64,000 bases of DNA from contig OZ024744.1 in NCBI GenBank assembly GCA_964016885.1, positions 33,108,001 through 33,172,000 of the forward strand, written 5' to 3'. The notes below the pieces were generated by a model. The model was not told where the DNA came from. It saw only the letters and a program-made list of their open reading frames with translations, and did no database searches. Of this stretch, positions 27,311-41,402 are shown in pieces (position 1 is the first letter of the stretch; the number at the start of each line of letters is the position of its first letter). Made by a program: the position numbers and the translations under genes. The stretch comes from Eledone cirrhosa. Lineage: Eukaryota.

Positions 27311-27782
27311 GAAAAAAATCAGATCTGGAGAGGTTTGGTCTCCGCCAGGTTTAAAAAGCGTCCTAGGCATGCCGTTTGACGGTGCCTCTACGACTCCGTA
27401 AGGAGTTATGGGATCATTATCCTGTAACGGAGATGTATATATATATATATATACACATATTTTCTTATTATAAATATACTCCGTCACTATGTGAAAAAAG
27501 CACGTAGAGTTCTTGAACTGAATTGCATGAATATTTACCGTAAGTATATATATAAATATATAAAGAAAATTACAAAAATATTATTAAAACCACCATAATC
27601 TAGATATGTGGGAATAGCTTTTATTGCGTAATACGTGTTTCATCATATGTTTTATATATAAGTCTTGGGTCGCAAATTTGTTATTATTTTAATCAAATTA
27701 ATTTGCACCCAACTATTTAAGTATGTAGTTACAACGGATTGTTGAATAATGAAATAAATTGATTAAATTAACAGAATTTCAA

Positions 27783-27881
<99 letters not shown>

Positions 27882-28094
27882 CGTAATTCGTAGCAAGATT
27901 GATTCAGCATAAAAGAGTGTATGACATGGCTGGCTCATTCAATTACTGGTACAGTCCGTTCGCCAACTCCCAAACCTTGTGAGTGAAGTTGGGAAGACAA
28001 AGAAGGTTTAGAACCTTGTCGGGTGGAATGTATCCATAATTGAAATGACCAGCCTTGATACATTCTTTATCACACTGAATCTCCCTGAGAATAA

Positions 28095-28432
28095 GGTTAA
28101 GGGTAAGTATACTGGTGCTCTGTTGGTTACAATGACAAGCGTTCCAGCTGTTGCGATCAACAGAACAGCATGCTCGTGGAATTAACGTGCAAGTGGCTGA
28201 GCATTCCACAGACACTTTAACGTAGTTCTCAGGGAGATTCAGTGTGACACAGAATGTGACAAGCCTGACCATTCGAATTACAGATACAACGCATTTTTGC
28301 CAGCTGAGTGGACTGGAGCAACGTGAAATAGTGTCTTACTCAATGACACAACAAACAGCCTGGTCCGGGGATCGAAAACACAACCTTATAATCGTGCACC
28401 GAATAACCTAACCAACATTCCACGGGCCTTCA
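28095..28432 (-). mobile_element. CORE-type tRNA SINE
   Basis: Reverse CORE-like GTGTCTTACTCAATGACACAAC plus B-box. Related copies at 10385-10515, 53370-53600 and 54670-54805. Confidence 0.65.
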
Positions 28433-28559
28433 AAGGTAGGGATACACTTGTATATAAAAGACCATTCACATACACTCTAAATTCTCGAGATTTGTTTTGT
28501 TCCGTTGATTGAACATCTGTAACACTCCTCATTGACACCGACGAAGTCTTCTTTCATAT

Positions 28560-28742
28560 ATTGTTTCTACTTTAGGCACAAGGCCAGTAATTACCCAGTG
28601 CATTACTGGTACTTTATTTTATCGACCCCGTAAGGATGAAAGGCAAAGTCAACCTCGGCGGGATTTGAACTCAGATCGTAAAGGGACGTAACTATGCTGG
28701 AAAGCATGGCGTCCGATCCTCTACCGATACTGCCAATCCATA
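28560..28742 (-). mobile_element. tRNA-derived SINE (Meta/MESC-like)
   Basis: Same family as 10078-10256. Confidence 0.75.
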
Positions 28743-29279
28743 TTGTTCGAGAAAACCAGGTGACGAAGTAATGTTTTTTTTTTATAATTATAAAACTTAC
28801 CAAGAATCATGTTACGAATACACGTGTCTGTGAAATATGCAGACAATTCCAGGATCTCGTTGATCGAAAAACTGGGACACTCATCGTCGAAATAGACTGA
28901 GACTCACTCCTTATCGCCTCAGAAACCTGGGTAATGGTTGTTTAATTATATTACTTAGCAGAAATTTTTAGAGTCACTATAAATAATGTAGCGAGGTAAA
29001 AAGAAATGTAGTTAATTAGTAATACTTAAGGCGGTGGGGAGGAGAAAACATTAACTTAATGGCTGATAATATCTTAATCGGATCATAGTAAATGTGCGTG
29101 ATAACTATGGACACATTTCCGTCATATTCGACCTCCTCAGTAGACGCTTTTTTCTTCATATTTGCTAGATTACTGATAAGAGAATCACCATATTAATGTA
29201 CAGAATGTACACGGATCATTTGTTGAAAAATATATTATGGTGTATATATAACCTTTTTATACAGCAGGCGGAAAGGTGC

Positions 29280-29470
29280 TGTATACACACGCGTACATAC
29301 CATACACACACACAGACGTGCAAACAACCCACATGTCACACACACACACCACATATACAAAGACACACACACACACAAACATATATATATATGTACATAC
29401 AAATACATATTTATACACCCACATACACATATATAAGTATGTGTAAATGGTATGTATATGCACAACACAT

Positions 29471-29551
<81 letters not shown>

Positions 29552-29616
29552 TATATACATACATGCATATATTCATTCATATATACATACATATATACAC
29601 GCTCACATATATATAT

Positions 29617-29657
<41 letters not shown>

Positions 29658-29882
29658 TACGTATATATATACATATAGATACAAATATACACACTCATAT
29701 TTATATACATATATATATATATATACACATATATAAATATATATATACACACATACATATATACACATATACATACATATATATATATATATGTATGTAT
29801 ATGTGTATATATGTATGTGTGTATATATATATTTATATATGTGTATATATACACATGTATAAATATATATATACACACATAG

Positions 29883-29928
<46 letters not shown>

Positions 29929-30804
29929 GATTTTACATAAAAACGCCCAGATTTTCCATGTGTAACGTTAATCTCTGATTTGTGAGTGTATGTGTGTATA
30001 CGTGTGTGTGTGTGTGTGTGTGTGTGTGTCCATATGCTTGTGTGCATGTGTTATTGTATGTGTATCTATGTATGCCTCCATGTCAAGCTATGTGTGTCCG
30101 GTTTCGGATAGATGTGTGCGCGCGTGTATGTGTGTGCGAGAGAGAGAGTATGTGTGTGTGAGTATGTGTGTGTGTATGTGTGTGCATGTGTGTGCGTGTA
30201 TGTGGGTATGTATGAGTGTATGTGTGCATGTGAGTGTGTGTGAGAGAGAGTACGTGTGTGTGTGTGTATGTGTGCATGTGTGTGCATGTATACGGGTGTG
30301 TATGAGTGTATGTGTGTATGTGAGTGTGCGTGTTTGAGAGAGAGAATGTGTGTGTATGTGTGTGTGTGTGTGTGTGTCTGTGTGCGTGTGTAAGCGTGTG
30401 TAAGCGTGTGTTATTAGTCATACCTAGAGAAGGGCAATAACAATCGGAAGCAATTAATAAGACATAAATATCAGTTAACCCTCTCTAAAGCGGAAGAATT
30501 ATTAATTAGAAGATTACAGATTATTGGCAGAAAATAATTAATAAAATTTGATTATAATTATATTAATAGTAAATAAAGCCTTGCTAAATAAAATTTAAAA
30601 AAAACGTAACAGCAAGGAAGCCTCAAGAGAGAAAAGTACACACACACACGCACGCGCGTGCGCACACACACACACACACACACACGCACGCATACGCAGA
30701 CACATGCACACACACATAGGCACACATACAAACGCACCTACACTCACACACACACATAAAAACATGCATTGAACAGTTTGATTTTCAGCTTAAATTCATT
30801 CAAA

Positions 30805-30869
<65 letters not shown>

Positions 30870-30935
30870 CGTGTATGTATGTATATGTGTATATTTATAT
30901 GTATATATATATATATGTATGTATATAACTATGAG

Positions 30936-30965
<30 letters not shown>
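29280..30965. repeat. Compound (CA)/(TA)/(TG) microsatellite block
   Basis: Read directly from the sequence. Confidence 0.9.
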
Positions 30966-30973
<8 letters not shown>

Positions 30974-31417
30974 TTTCAACAACGTCAGTATTCCGTGTGT
31001 CATAATTCTCGATTATCATTGGTTCATAGGTTTCAAACGACTCCGCCCACCTCAACGACGCCAAACTTAAAGTAATATACATAATGCTACATAATGAAAC
31101 AGAGAGGCAATGTGAACGCTGTAACTATTACTATGTGCGCGCTTGTATGCACGTGCGCGTCTGTTTATGTGTGTGTGCGTGTGGGCAGCATTCCACAGAA
31201 AGTAAAAGCAATTCGACTTTATCAAACAGTGAACTACAGCGGCGACAGCGTGCAGCCAGGAATGAAGAAAAACGGGCTGAACAGCGCCATCGGAACGCCA
31301 AACTTCAGAGGCGAAGACGTGCCGCCATGAATGAAGAGGAGCTGGCTGAATAACGCCAACGAAACACTGGAGCCAAGCAGCGACGAACTGGCTGAGCATC
31401 ATCTTTTATATTAATTA

Positions 31418-31776
31418 TCTATATCTATATCTATATATAATATAAAAGATTGGAACTTCCATCATCCTTTTGAGAAACGTAGAACAACCACGTCTATGCA
31501 ATGATACACGTTTTACAGTCAGGCAGAAGATGAACCATCTCCTAGAGGTCACTATTCTAGGGGGGAGCACCTAGAATTGTTCATATACTATGCACAAACG
31601 GTACTACGAAGAATCTGGTATATCTGGAAGATTTTTTAAACTGTATTTGGTATCACACAGACACCATGGACTCGCCTCATACTGTAACCAGACAAACATC
31701 CAATACAGTCATTTTCTCTTTTACCTGTCTTCTCTTATCATCTGTTTACCCGGGCGAAGCTGGGTACGTCAGCTAG
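31418..31776 (+). mobile_element. 359-bp non-autonomous Helitron
   Basis: A|TC 5' end, 3' hairpin plus CTAG|T; near-identical to 37201-37559. Confidence 0.85.
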
Positions 31777-32247
31777 TATTTATTAATTTCATGAACATCA
31801 GTATTCTGTGTGTCATAATTCTCGATTATCATTGGTTCATAGGTTTCAAACGACTCCGCATACCTCAACGACACCAAACTGAAATTAACATGCATAATGC
31901 CAATGAGGGGGTGAGAGGGGAAAGTGTGAACGCTGTGTTCAATAGCTTTTAACATGTGTGCGTGTGTATGTACGTGCGCGTATGTTTATGTGTGTGTGCG
32001 TGCGGCAGCGTTCCACAGAAAGTAAAAACTATCAACATGTGTGAGTGTATGCGTGTGTAAGTTTTCGTGCGGGTGCGCGTTTCCATGCGTGTATGTGTGG
32101 CGTTCCACAATCGCCACGTAGTTTATCTGTCTGTGTGCCTGTCTGTCAGTCTAACATTCACAGAGTTGTGAAGGGAGTAAATAGGGACCTTTCTTTACAT
32201 TGACGGACATCTTTTATATTTATTATAGTGTCATTTTTTATTGACAA

Positions 32248-35200
32248 TTGCTCGAAATAAATACTGATAATAAAAGCAATTTGACTTCATCAAACAGTGA
32301 ACTACAGTGGCAACGGCATGCAGCCAGCAATGAAGAAAAACGGGCTGAACAGTGCCATCGGAACGCTGAACTTCTGAGGCGAAGACGTGCCGCCATGAAT
32401 GAAGAGGAGCTGGCTGAACAACGCAAACGAAACACTGGAGCCAAGCAGCGACGGCGTGCTGCGATGGTTGAAGACGAACTGGCTGAGCATCATCAGCAGA
32501 TGGCCAGAATTCAGCAGTAACGGCGTGCTGCGATGGATGAAGAGGAGCTGGCTGAACAGCGCTGGCGCAATACAGAAGTTCAGAGAATGTGCCGCCAAAG
32601 TGCTCCTCATTCCAGTAAAGAGGCTAGAAGTCGAACGAATGATATTAAAAACGGATCATGGCAACCGTGTCATTTTCAGATTGGTGGACGAGCAGAGTGT
32701 CCACATTCTGGAGCATTGCTTTGGAGGCACGAAAAGACATGGACCACAATGTGCTGTCATAAAGGAGCAGTTCCCTTGCGAATGCCGGATGATAAGGAGT
32801 CACCGGAGTTTAAAATACTAAGTATGTGGGTGATCAAGGAGACCGAGGTAGATTACTGCGCAAATATATATATAGCTTTAGCATCGCAGAGAGTTAGTGA
32901 GATGTTTGAGAGTGGAACATGGCAACCGAATGTAGTCATTCAGGGCCGTTTGTATCATTGTATCGGTAATTTACGTTAACGATCCAGATTACAGTGAATC
33001 GGAGGAGGATATTAGGATCGGTTAGATGAAGTTGCCGGGAAATATAACTGAACTTCAACGGCAAAGATTAAGTGATTTGATCCGTGATTTGCAATCATGG
33101 CTTAGACAGTGTAATCCTTATGTTATGGATTTAATGTTGGTGGCTGAACTGTAAAATGTTCAGCAGCAAACATTGATGATTAAGGCTGACGTAGTGCCAA
33201 GGAATCAACACGAACGGCGATATAATGCCCCTGAAGGATTTCGTGAATTTGCTGTGTTGATGGACGATAAGCCTGGATCGAGAGATATTGTCCTCAATCG
33301 CAGAGATGGTGGTCTCAAGACTATCAACGAGTCAAATAGGGCATACGATCAATTACATTATGTTCTTTTATTCCCAAAAGGTGAAAATGGATGGAACATG
33401 TCTGTTCATTTAGATGATCATGAGAATCAGCATCAACAGAGAGGCGGCAATAGACACAATAATTCAATTCGCGACTTTTACGCGTTCCATTTGAACGAGA
33501 GGAATCAACAGAGAAATGTGCTATTTCAAGGCAGCAGATTGTTCCAGGAATACTGTTGTATCGCATTCGCAAAGATCGAAAATCAAAGGCTAAATTATAT
33601 AGCTACACATCAGCAACATATCAGAGCTGAATTGTATAATAATATACAGGATGCGATAACAGCCGATAATGCCAATTACAAGCAAATTGGTCGACGCATC
33701 ATTTTGCCATCGTCGTTCATCGGCGGCCCGAGATATATGAACATTCGTTATCAGGATGCAATGGCTATTGTCAGAAAGTTTGGAAAGCCAGATTTGTTTA
33801 TAACGGTTACATGCAATCCAGAATGGACTGATATTAAGGATGCACTATTGCCAGGACAACAGCCAAAGGACCGTCCTGATATTGTGCCAAGAGTATTCAA
33901 AGGATATCTGAAAAAGAAAATGGATGATGTGGAAAAAGAGGGAATCTTTGGATGTATAGTTGCTTTTACATACGTAATTGAATTCCAAAAAAGAGGATCG
34001 CCACATGCACATTTGCTGATCATTTTACATAGAGATTGCAAATTGAGATGTGCTGAGAATGTCGACAGCATTGTGTGTGCTGAACTGCCGGAGAATGAGG
34101 CACTACGCAACTTGGTGGCAAAGTCAATGGTGCACAACCAATGCGGAGTGGCAAATCGGAAAGCGCATTGCATGCAAAATGGCCATGTAGTAAGCACTTT
34201 CCGAAATCTTTTGTCACGAACACTTCCTGGAACGATGGGGATGCTCATCCCTCATACAGAAGACGGTCGCCTGCCGATGGTGGTTTGGTCGAAAATGTAA
34301 ACGGTCGACAGGTTACAAATCAATGGGTTGTGCCATACAATCCATATTTGATTATGAAATATCGTTGTCATATTAATGTAGCTCAGTGAAAGCTTGCAAA
34401 TATCTATTCAAATATGTTTACAAAGGTCATGATCGGGCAATGATCAATGCCAGGAATGAGGAAGCGAACCAAGGAGATGAAGTTGGCAGGTTCCAGGATG
34501 TTCGCTCGATTGGATCTAGCGAAGCTTGCTGGAGATTGTTCGATTTTGATCTCAATGAACGCAAACCCAGCTTTCAGAAACTGACGGTTCACTTAGAGAA
34601 TAGGCAAATGGTCTGTTTTCAGGACACTAGAAGAAGTGTCGAAAGAATTGCTAACGCACCACCTCCTAAGACGGAATTGACTGAGTGGTTCAACCATAAT
34701 AGGAAACATGCTTTGAACCCTACTGCGATTTCCCTTCGCACTATACGTGGGATAAGAAGGGAAAGAAATGGTATGATAGAAAACAAAAGTTGAGATTCAT
34801 GACTATTGGACGGGTTTTTAATGTCCATCCAGCATCTGGTGATGTGTTTTATTTCCGAATTCTGTTGCATAATGATTTTTCGAGAAGAAACAGAGCTTCG
34901 CTGATTTGAAAACAATCAATGGCGTGGAATATGAAACATATGTGTGTCAGCATCTGGGACGCCTTCAGGGTGGCGCTGAATGGAATAACGCCATGGAAGC
35001 TGCAGGAACAACACAGATGCCAGCTCAAATAAGGCAGTTGTTTGTCACGATTCTAGGATTCTGCAATCCTGTCGATCCAAGAGAGTTATTTGAACGCCAT
35101 TGGGGTATTATGGCTGATGATTTTAGGCATCATCTTCAGGTCGATGATGAAAATTTGATGAAGTTCATTTCAAATGTTTAACAGATTTTAATTTGCCAAT

Positions 35201-36669
35201 TCCTGATGAAGAAATGCGGCAACGTGTCTTAGCATTCAACATGAGATTGCAGCTTAGACGGTTGCCACTCGATCGGAGGGAACTATTCCAGTTTGATCCA
35301 CTGGAACAGCAACGTATTGTGGATGAACGTATGCCAATGTTTACCCAATCTCAGAGAATTGGTCGATGGCGTTCTCCAGTCGATTTCCACTAATAAGCAA
35401 CTTTGTGCTTTCATAGATGCTCCTGGAGGCACCGGAAAGACATTCTGTTTCAACACTATGTTATCGGCAGTCAGAGCTCAGAGGAAGATTGCTCTCCCTC
35501 TGGCCACCAGTGGGATCGCTGCCACTTTGCTGAGTGGTGGAAGGACCTTCCACTCATGCTTCAAGGCTCCATTGGCTCCGGATGAGTTGAGTGTCTGTAA
35601 TATTACAGGACAAAGTGAACTCGCGGGCCTTATACGCAATACGTCTCTGATTATTTGGGACGAGGCTCCAGTGGAACAAAGATATTTGCTGGAGGTATTG
35701 GACAGAACTTTGAGAGATATCTGCGGTAGTGACCTGCCGTTCGGTGGTAAGACTATCGTTCTTGGTGGCGATTTCAGACAGGTGCTACCAATTGTTAGGA
35801 ATGCTCAAAGAGCGCAAATTGTCGATGCATGTCTGAAAAAGTTCCCGTTGTGGCGATAATATGCGACTTCGTATGTTCGGGCAAAACGAAGAGGCTGAGA
35901 CATACGGCGGATGGTTGATGCAGTTGGGAAACGATGAATTACCACACGTTGGTGATAATCAGACTGTAAGAATCCCAGACCATTTGGTCATGCCACTGAA
36001 CCGCCAAGCATTGATTGTTCCCTAATTTGAATGCTTTTTGGCAGAATATCTCCTGGATATCGGAACGCGTTATTCTAACTCATACGAATGCAACGGTCGA
36101 TGAAATAAATTCACAAGTAGCCGGAATGTTTCCTGGAGAGGAATGGTTGGTCGTCAGTGCGGATGCAATGGAGCCTAATCAGCAGAACAATATGGATGTT
36201 CCGACTGAGTATCTGAATTCACTTCAAATACCCGGATTTCCCCCACATATTTTGAGGTTGAAAAAGAGTATGCCGATTATATTGCTTAGAAATATCAATC
36301 ATAAAATGGGTATTTGCAATGGTACCAGATTGATTGTTGAGAGATTGATTAACGGAAAAGTTTTAGAAGCTAAACTCCCAGGCAGAGAGGAATCAGTTCA
36401 CATTCCGAGGATCATGCTGAGACCAAGTGAAGATCTGCTGCCATTCATTTGGCAAAGGAGACAGTTTAACGTCAATTTGACTGTCAACAAGGCGCAGGGA
36501 CAGACTTTCAAGCGAGTTGGTGTCTACTTGAATGATCTAGCATTCAGCCATGGGCAACTGTATGTTGCTGCATCTTGAGTGTGCGATCCTGATGGTATAA
36601 AATTTGCAGTTGATACCACTAACAGAGGAACAATCCTGAATATTGTCTTTAATGAAGCTTTCAGCTGAT
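32248..36669 (+). pseudogene. Helitron Rep/helicase (HUH Rep + PIF1-like SF1 helicase), multiply disrupted
   Basis: N-terminal 23-aa repeats, then CPH..CCHKG, GKPDLFITVTCNP, EFQKRGSPHAH, KYLFKYVYKG, DAPGGTGKT, IIWDEAP, GGDFRQVLP, NGTRL, TVNKAQGQT, FSHGQLYVA. Confidence 0.93.
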
Positions 36670-37200
36670 ATATGCATGTCTTTAATGCTATCAGTAAGCG
36701 ACGTAAATGATTCGGACATTGGTGTCCTTTGATCAGTATTGTGAGCTTTGACAGAGTTATCATTTATGTTCAATGTCATTTAATGTCGTTATGAGCAATA
36801 AATAAAAACTAACAAGTATTGGTAGAAATTGCCTTCAAATTTATCGCTTCTGATAGCGGTGGTAATAAAACCTCATCATATGCTGAGTCTGGCAAAAAGT
36901 GTGGTGCCTATGGCCGGCCAGGGCTAGAGTAATATTGAAAAACGATTCTATTTTCGAAGTAGAAGGATCCGCCATTTGGAGTTCAAACCAGGCCACCTCC
37001 CCAAGTTGAACTCTGGGCAATATTGACTGTCTATTACTCAGTGGCTAAGAGCCTGGAAATTACTGAATACATTTTTGTGTCATATAATTTGTTGTTTGAT
37101 TATTATAGCTAACCACTTATAGATAAGCATGTTATCCATATCCATATTAATTAGGCATAGTATAAACCATTTCAAGTAAATAGGGACCTTTTTTACATTA

Positions 37201-37559
37201 TCTATATCTATATCTACATATAACATAAAAGATTGGAACTTCCATCATGCTTTTGAGAAACGTGGAACAGCCACTGCTATGCAATGATACACGTTTTACA
37301 GTCAGGCAGAAGATGAACCATCTCCTAGAGGTCACTATTCTAGGTGGGAGCACCTAGAATTGTTCATATACTATGCACAAACGGTACAACGAAGAATCTG
37401 GTATATCTGGAAGATTTTTTTTACTGTTTTTGGTATCACACAGACACCACGGATTCGCCTCATACTGTAACCAGACAAACATCCAATACAGTCATTTTCT
37501 CTTTTACCTGTTTTCTCTTATCATCTGTTTACCCGGGCGAAACTGGGTATGTCAGCTAG
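37201..37559 (+). mobile_element. 359-bp non-autonomous Helitron (second copy)
   Basis: A|TC...hairpin-CTAG|T. Confidence 0.85.
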
Positions 37560-37590
37560 TATATTTATATTTATATATATATGCATGTGT

Positions 37591-37679
<89 letters not shown>

Positions 37680-38226
37680 GGAGACCACCTGGTTGTGGTG
37701 GGGCTGATAACGTTGTAAGAATTCAATGTGTCCTGAGAAGGAGAGTTGCGGCGAGAATCGGCATTGTGACCAACAGTTCTTGTGGTAGGTGATCCCAGCC
37801 TCAGTCCGGCTTACAGAGTCATTTACATATATGTGTGTTTGAACAATAATAACAGAAGTCAGGGCTAGGTAGAGGGTTATTTCTTGTTTCTGCGGAGGAT
37901 GGTTGATTGAACAGGAACTTAGAGATGAGTAATATGTAGCATCTTAATCACTACCATGCTGGTGGATAAATCGATCGCCACTGTTTAATCGACCCTCTGA
38001 AACGATAGTAAAACAATGAACTAAGTCTCTACCTGCAACTGACTTTTGTTTTTATTGTTCAAACACACACACACACAAACACACCCACATCCACACACAC
38101 ACACACACATACACACACACACGCGCACACACACACACACACACGCGCGCGCACACACACGCACACACACACACACACACACACGCGCGCACGCACACGC
38201 GCGCACACACACGCGCACACACGCGC

Positions 38227-38289
<63 letters not shown>

Positions 38290-38789
38290 CACACATATCT
38301 ATATCTAATATATATAGAGATAGATAGATATATAAAAGTAACGAAGATCACTGGTACTAAGTCAACGTTCCCCGGCCAACGTCTTGCTCACTCAATGACT
38401 CTGCCGAATTGTAGTAATGCAGCTGCAATCAGCAATTCAAAATGCACATATTTAGATACGGTGGCTGGGCTTCGTTAGAGAGAAAGCTAAAAATCTCAAC
38501 TCCTAGACGATTTAGTCTCTGTGCAACATTATTTCACAAATGCAGATATTATAGCCGCAATGTTCAGAAAATCACGTAATATCAGCAGATATTTACGTAA
38601 CGGGGGCTGTTACACGTCATCAGCAGGTAACTCAAGTCATGAGATACCTATCAGTGTGTGTTAGACATTTCTACTGGTTAAGTTACCTATCAGTTCTTGC
38701 CATTCCCACACTTTGCGTTTAACGAAAAAGAGGATGAATCCTATTGTAGATTAAAACACTTGGTTTGGTAGTTGAATTCAAAAGAAGTA

Positions 38790-39338
38790 TAAGTTTACGG
38801 AGCTGCTTCCTTTGTTGACAAAGAATGGTTTCTCCTTGCCTACGAAAGGCCGGTTATATGATGCCTGTGTGAGGAGCACGATGTTGCTTGGTAGTGAGAC
38901 ATGGGCAGCAACTGCAGAGGATATGCGACGGCTGGAGAGAAATGAAGCAAGCATGCTCCGTTGGATGTGTAATGTTAATGTGCGTGAACGACCAAGCATA
39001 GATGAGTTGAGAGAGAAACTGTGTATAAGAGGGATAAGTTGTGGTGTACGGGAGAAATGACTGAGATGGTATGGACATGTGATGCGCATGGAGGATGACC
39101 GCTGGGTAAAGAAGTACCAAGAAATCCCAGTAGAAGGAAGACGCAGTAGAGAAAGACCACGAAAAACATGGGCGGAGGTGGTGAGAGCAGACCTCAGAAC
39201 CCTGAAACTCACCGAGGAGATGACGAAGGACCGTCACAAGTGGAGAGTTGTTGTGCTGAATAGGACCCGTCCCACCCTTTCAGGCAGGGAAAAGCGTACG
39301 TAAAATGATGATGATTATGATGTTCATGATTATGATGA
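38790..39338 (+). mobile_element. RTE-clade LINE 3' fragment with (ATG)n tail
   Basis: KGRLYDACVRSTMLLGSETW...MLRWMC...LRWYGHVMR...RPRKTWAEVVRADL. Confidence 0.88.
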
Positions 39339-39359
39339 TATATACATATATATATATAT

Positions 39360-41346
39360 TCATTTAGGTTTGGTGGTTCACCACTGGAGATAGAACTGGT
39401 CATTCCGTATAGTCAACCATGATGTAATAATATGAAAAGCACTCAACATTATGCAACTCATCCATCTTTGATGTTGAATCTTGTTGGTGGTGCGAGAACG
39501 GAGTGAATTAATATTGAGTAAAATGACAGGAGGCCGGACTGGTGGAATTCCTTCAAAAATGTATTATAGCAAACACTATGTACATTCCAGTGGCCAGGTT
39601 CCGTAAGCTCCTGGTGATATCATCAGGTGTTTATTGCATAATAGTTATATAATAAAGGAATAATGGTAAACAATCCAGGAGGTTAAAAAAACAAAGTAAA
39701 ATGTTTATGACTCGAAGGTGGTCAGGGCCAGTTGTTGTCAGTTTGGCTGTCCACCTTCGAGTGGGGATTCTCATCTATTTCGTCTTACCGGTTTGGTTAA
39801 GGGGCTGTATGCTTAGTATGCATACTACTCCCAGCCTGCCGGTTGGGTTAGGTGGTTTTATACGTAGTGCGCCTACTACTACCACCAATCTGACAGGAGA
39901 TCAGGCTACAGAGAAACATTTTCAGTTGGGGTCAGCCTAAATTTCTTATCGGGAATAAGGAAATTTCTATTATTTCCAAGCACCCCCAGAAGAGTCAGTA
40001 CAGTTTGCCGGTGAAGCAACGTAGGCCAGACAGTTATTATAGAGGGTGTAAAATAGTTCTGTACCACATCATATAGAGGAGTGCGGTTTGGTGATCAACA
40101 ACCAGTGAAGTGATGATTTCCCGGTCTACCCAAAGCTCAAGGGCCTACCAACCGTTCCGAGTATTTTCCTCTTCCGAAAGAAAGGAAATTTATTTTACCA
40201 AGCACCACAGGAAGGTGGACCGGCCCAGGCGCTGCGAGTGCAGGAAAGCCGTCACAGCCAGTCGATTATCCAACGTATACCAAATGATTAGTTATTCATA
40301 TCAATGAAGCTTAAAGGTAGTTAAATTTAATGAAATAGGCCAAAAAACTATTCTCAATCTCAAGCTAACTTGGGTTTTCAGTTTTGAATTCAAATGGGAT
40401 ATAATCCCATCCCACACCATAATAAATATAGGTGAGATAGAGATATATACCTTAATACAACAACGTACATATGTCTCTAAGTAATTATTATAATATGGGA
40501 ACTATATCGTATGGTACATGTTGAGTGAATCCTAAGTGGGTAGGGGAGGGGGTAATTAAAAAATAAATAGATATAAAAAGACAGTATAGAAAGTAATAGT
40601 CTAGTGTCGTGAAATAAGTTTAGGTAAGAGTTAGGTAAAAACCAAGGATAAGTATATAAAGAATATAAAATGTAGTTATACCCAGAGTGGTAATCATGGG
40701 AGAAAGAATGATGAAAGTAAATAAGAAAATATCGAAGAAATAAAAAAATAAATACAAATCAAATAAACAATATACAATAGATAATACGGTTAAAAAATAC
40801 ATATAAATATAGAGGATAGAAGAGAAGAGGTGATATCAGGTGATATGTAGTGTAGGTTCGAGTATTAACCATTGATGTAAATACCTAAAAACTATGAAAT
40901 ATAGAATATAGATTTCAGTCAATACCATGCAGGGTATAGTAGAATATGTGGATTGTTCGAAGAATTTGTGATGTCTGACGGAGCTTGAGTGTTCCTGATA
41001 GGGAAGTAGCAAGGTGCAGTCCGGGTAGTGAAGTAAACGTATTTACTGCAGCTAACACCAGAATGGGGTATAGTTAGCCCCATGGTAGTGATAGCTGCAT
41101 GCTGGTACCAGGGCCCCTGTTATCCATTACATCACAAAGCACTCAACAGTTCAAAGAGCATCATTCATTAAGGTTTGGTGGTTCACCACTGGATAACCTC
41201 TTGGAATGTGTTTACCATTATTCCTTTATTATATAACTTTTATGCAATAAAGACCTGATGATGTCACCTGGACCTTACGGAACGTGGTCACTGAAATGTA
41301 CATAGTGTTTGCTATATCAAATCTTCGAAGGAATTTCACCAGTGCT
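39360..41346 (-). mobile_element. Old PLE-type element with inverted pLTRs
   Basis: 39540-39675 is inverted at 41210-41345. HHR at 41249-41310 (+); its mirror at 39571-39632 (-) has GGAA instead of GAAA. Confidence 0.6.
41249..41310 (+). ncRNA. Minimal type I hammerhead ribozyme
   Basis: AAAGAC-CTGATGA-T...T-GAAA-TGTACA-TA-GTGTTT with a palindromic loop III. Confidence 0.7.
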
Positions 41347-41402
41347 ATATATATATATTTATATACACACACACACAGATCACAGATATATATATATATA
41401 TG

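Larger units (their letters stand above)
30968..37559 (+). mobile_element. Helitron locus (decayed autonomous-type, composite)
   Basis: Contains RepHel fragments. The 5' region is duplicated (30968-31400 vs 31780-32500). Ends with hairpin ACCCGGGCGAAACTGGGT plus CTAG|T. Confidence 0.9.

Noticed and set aside
39900-40300. Possible GIY-YIG remnant inside the 39360-41346 element
   Set aside because: Only a frameshifted YV(G)FT-like hint is visible, too degraded to call.
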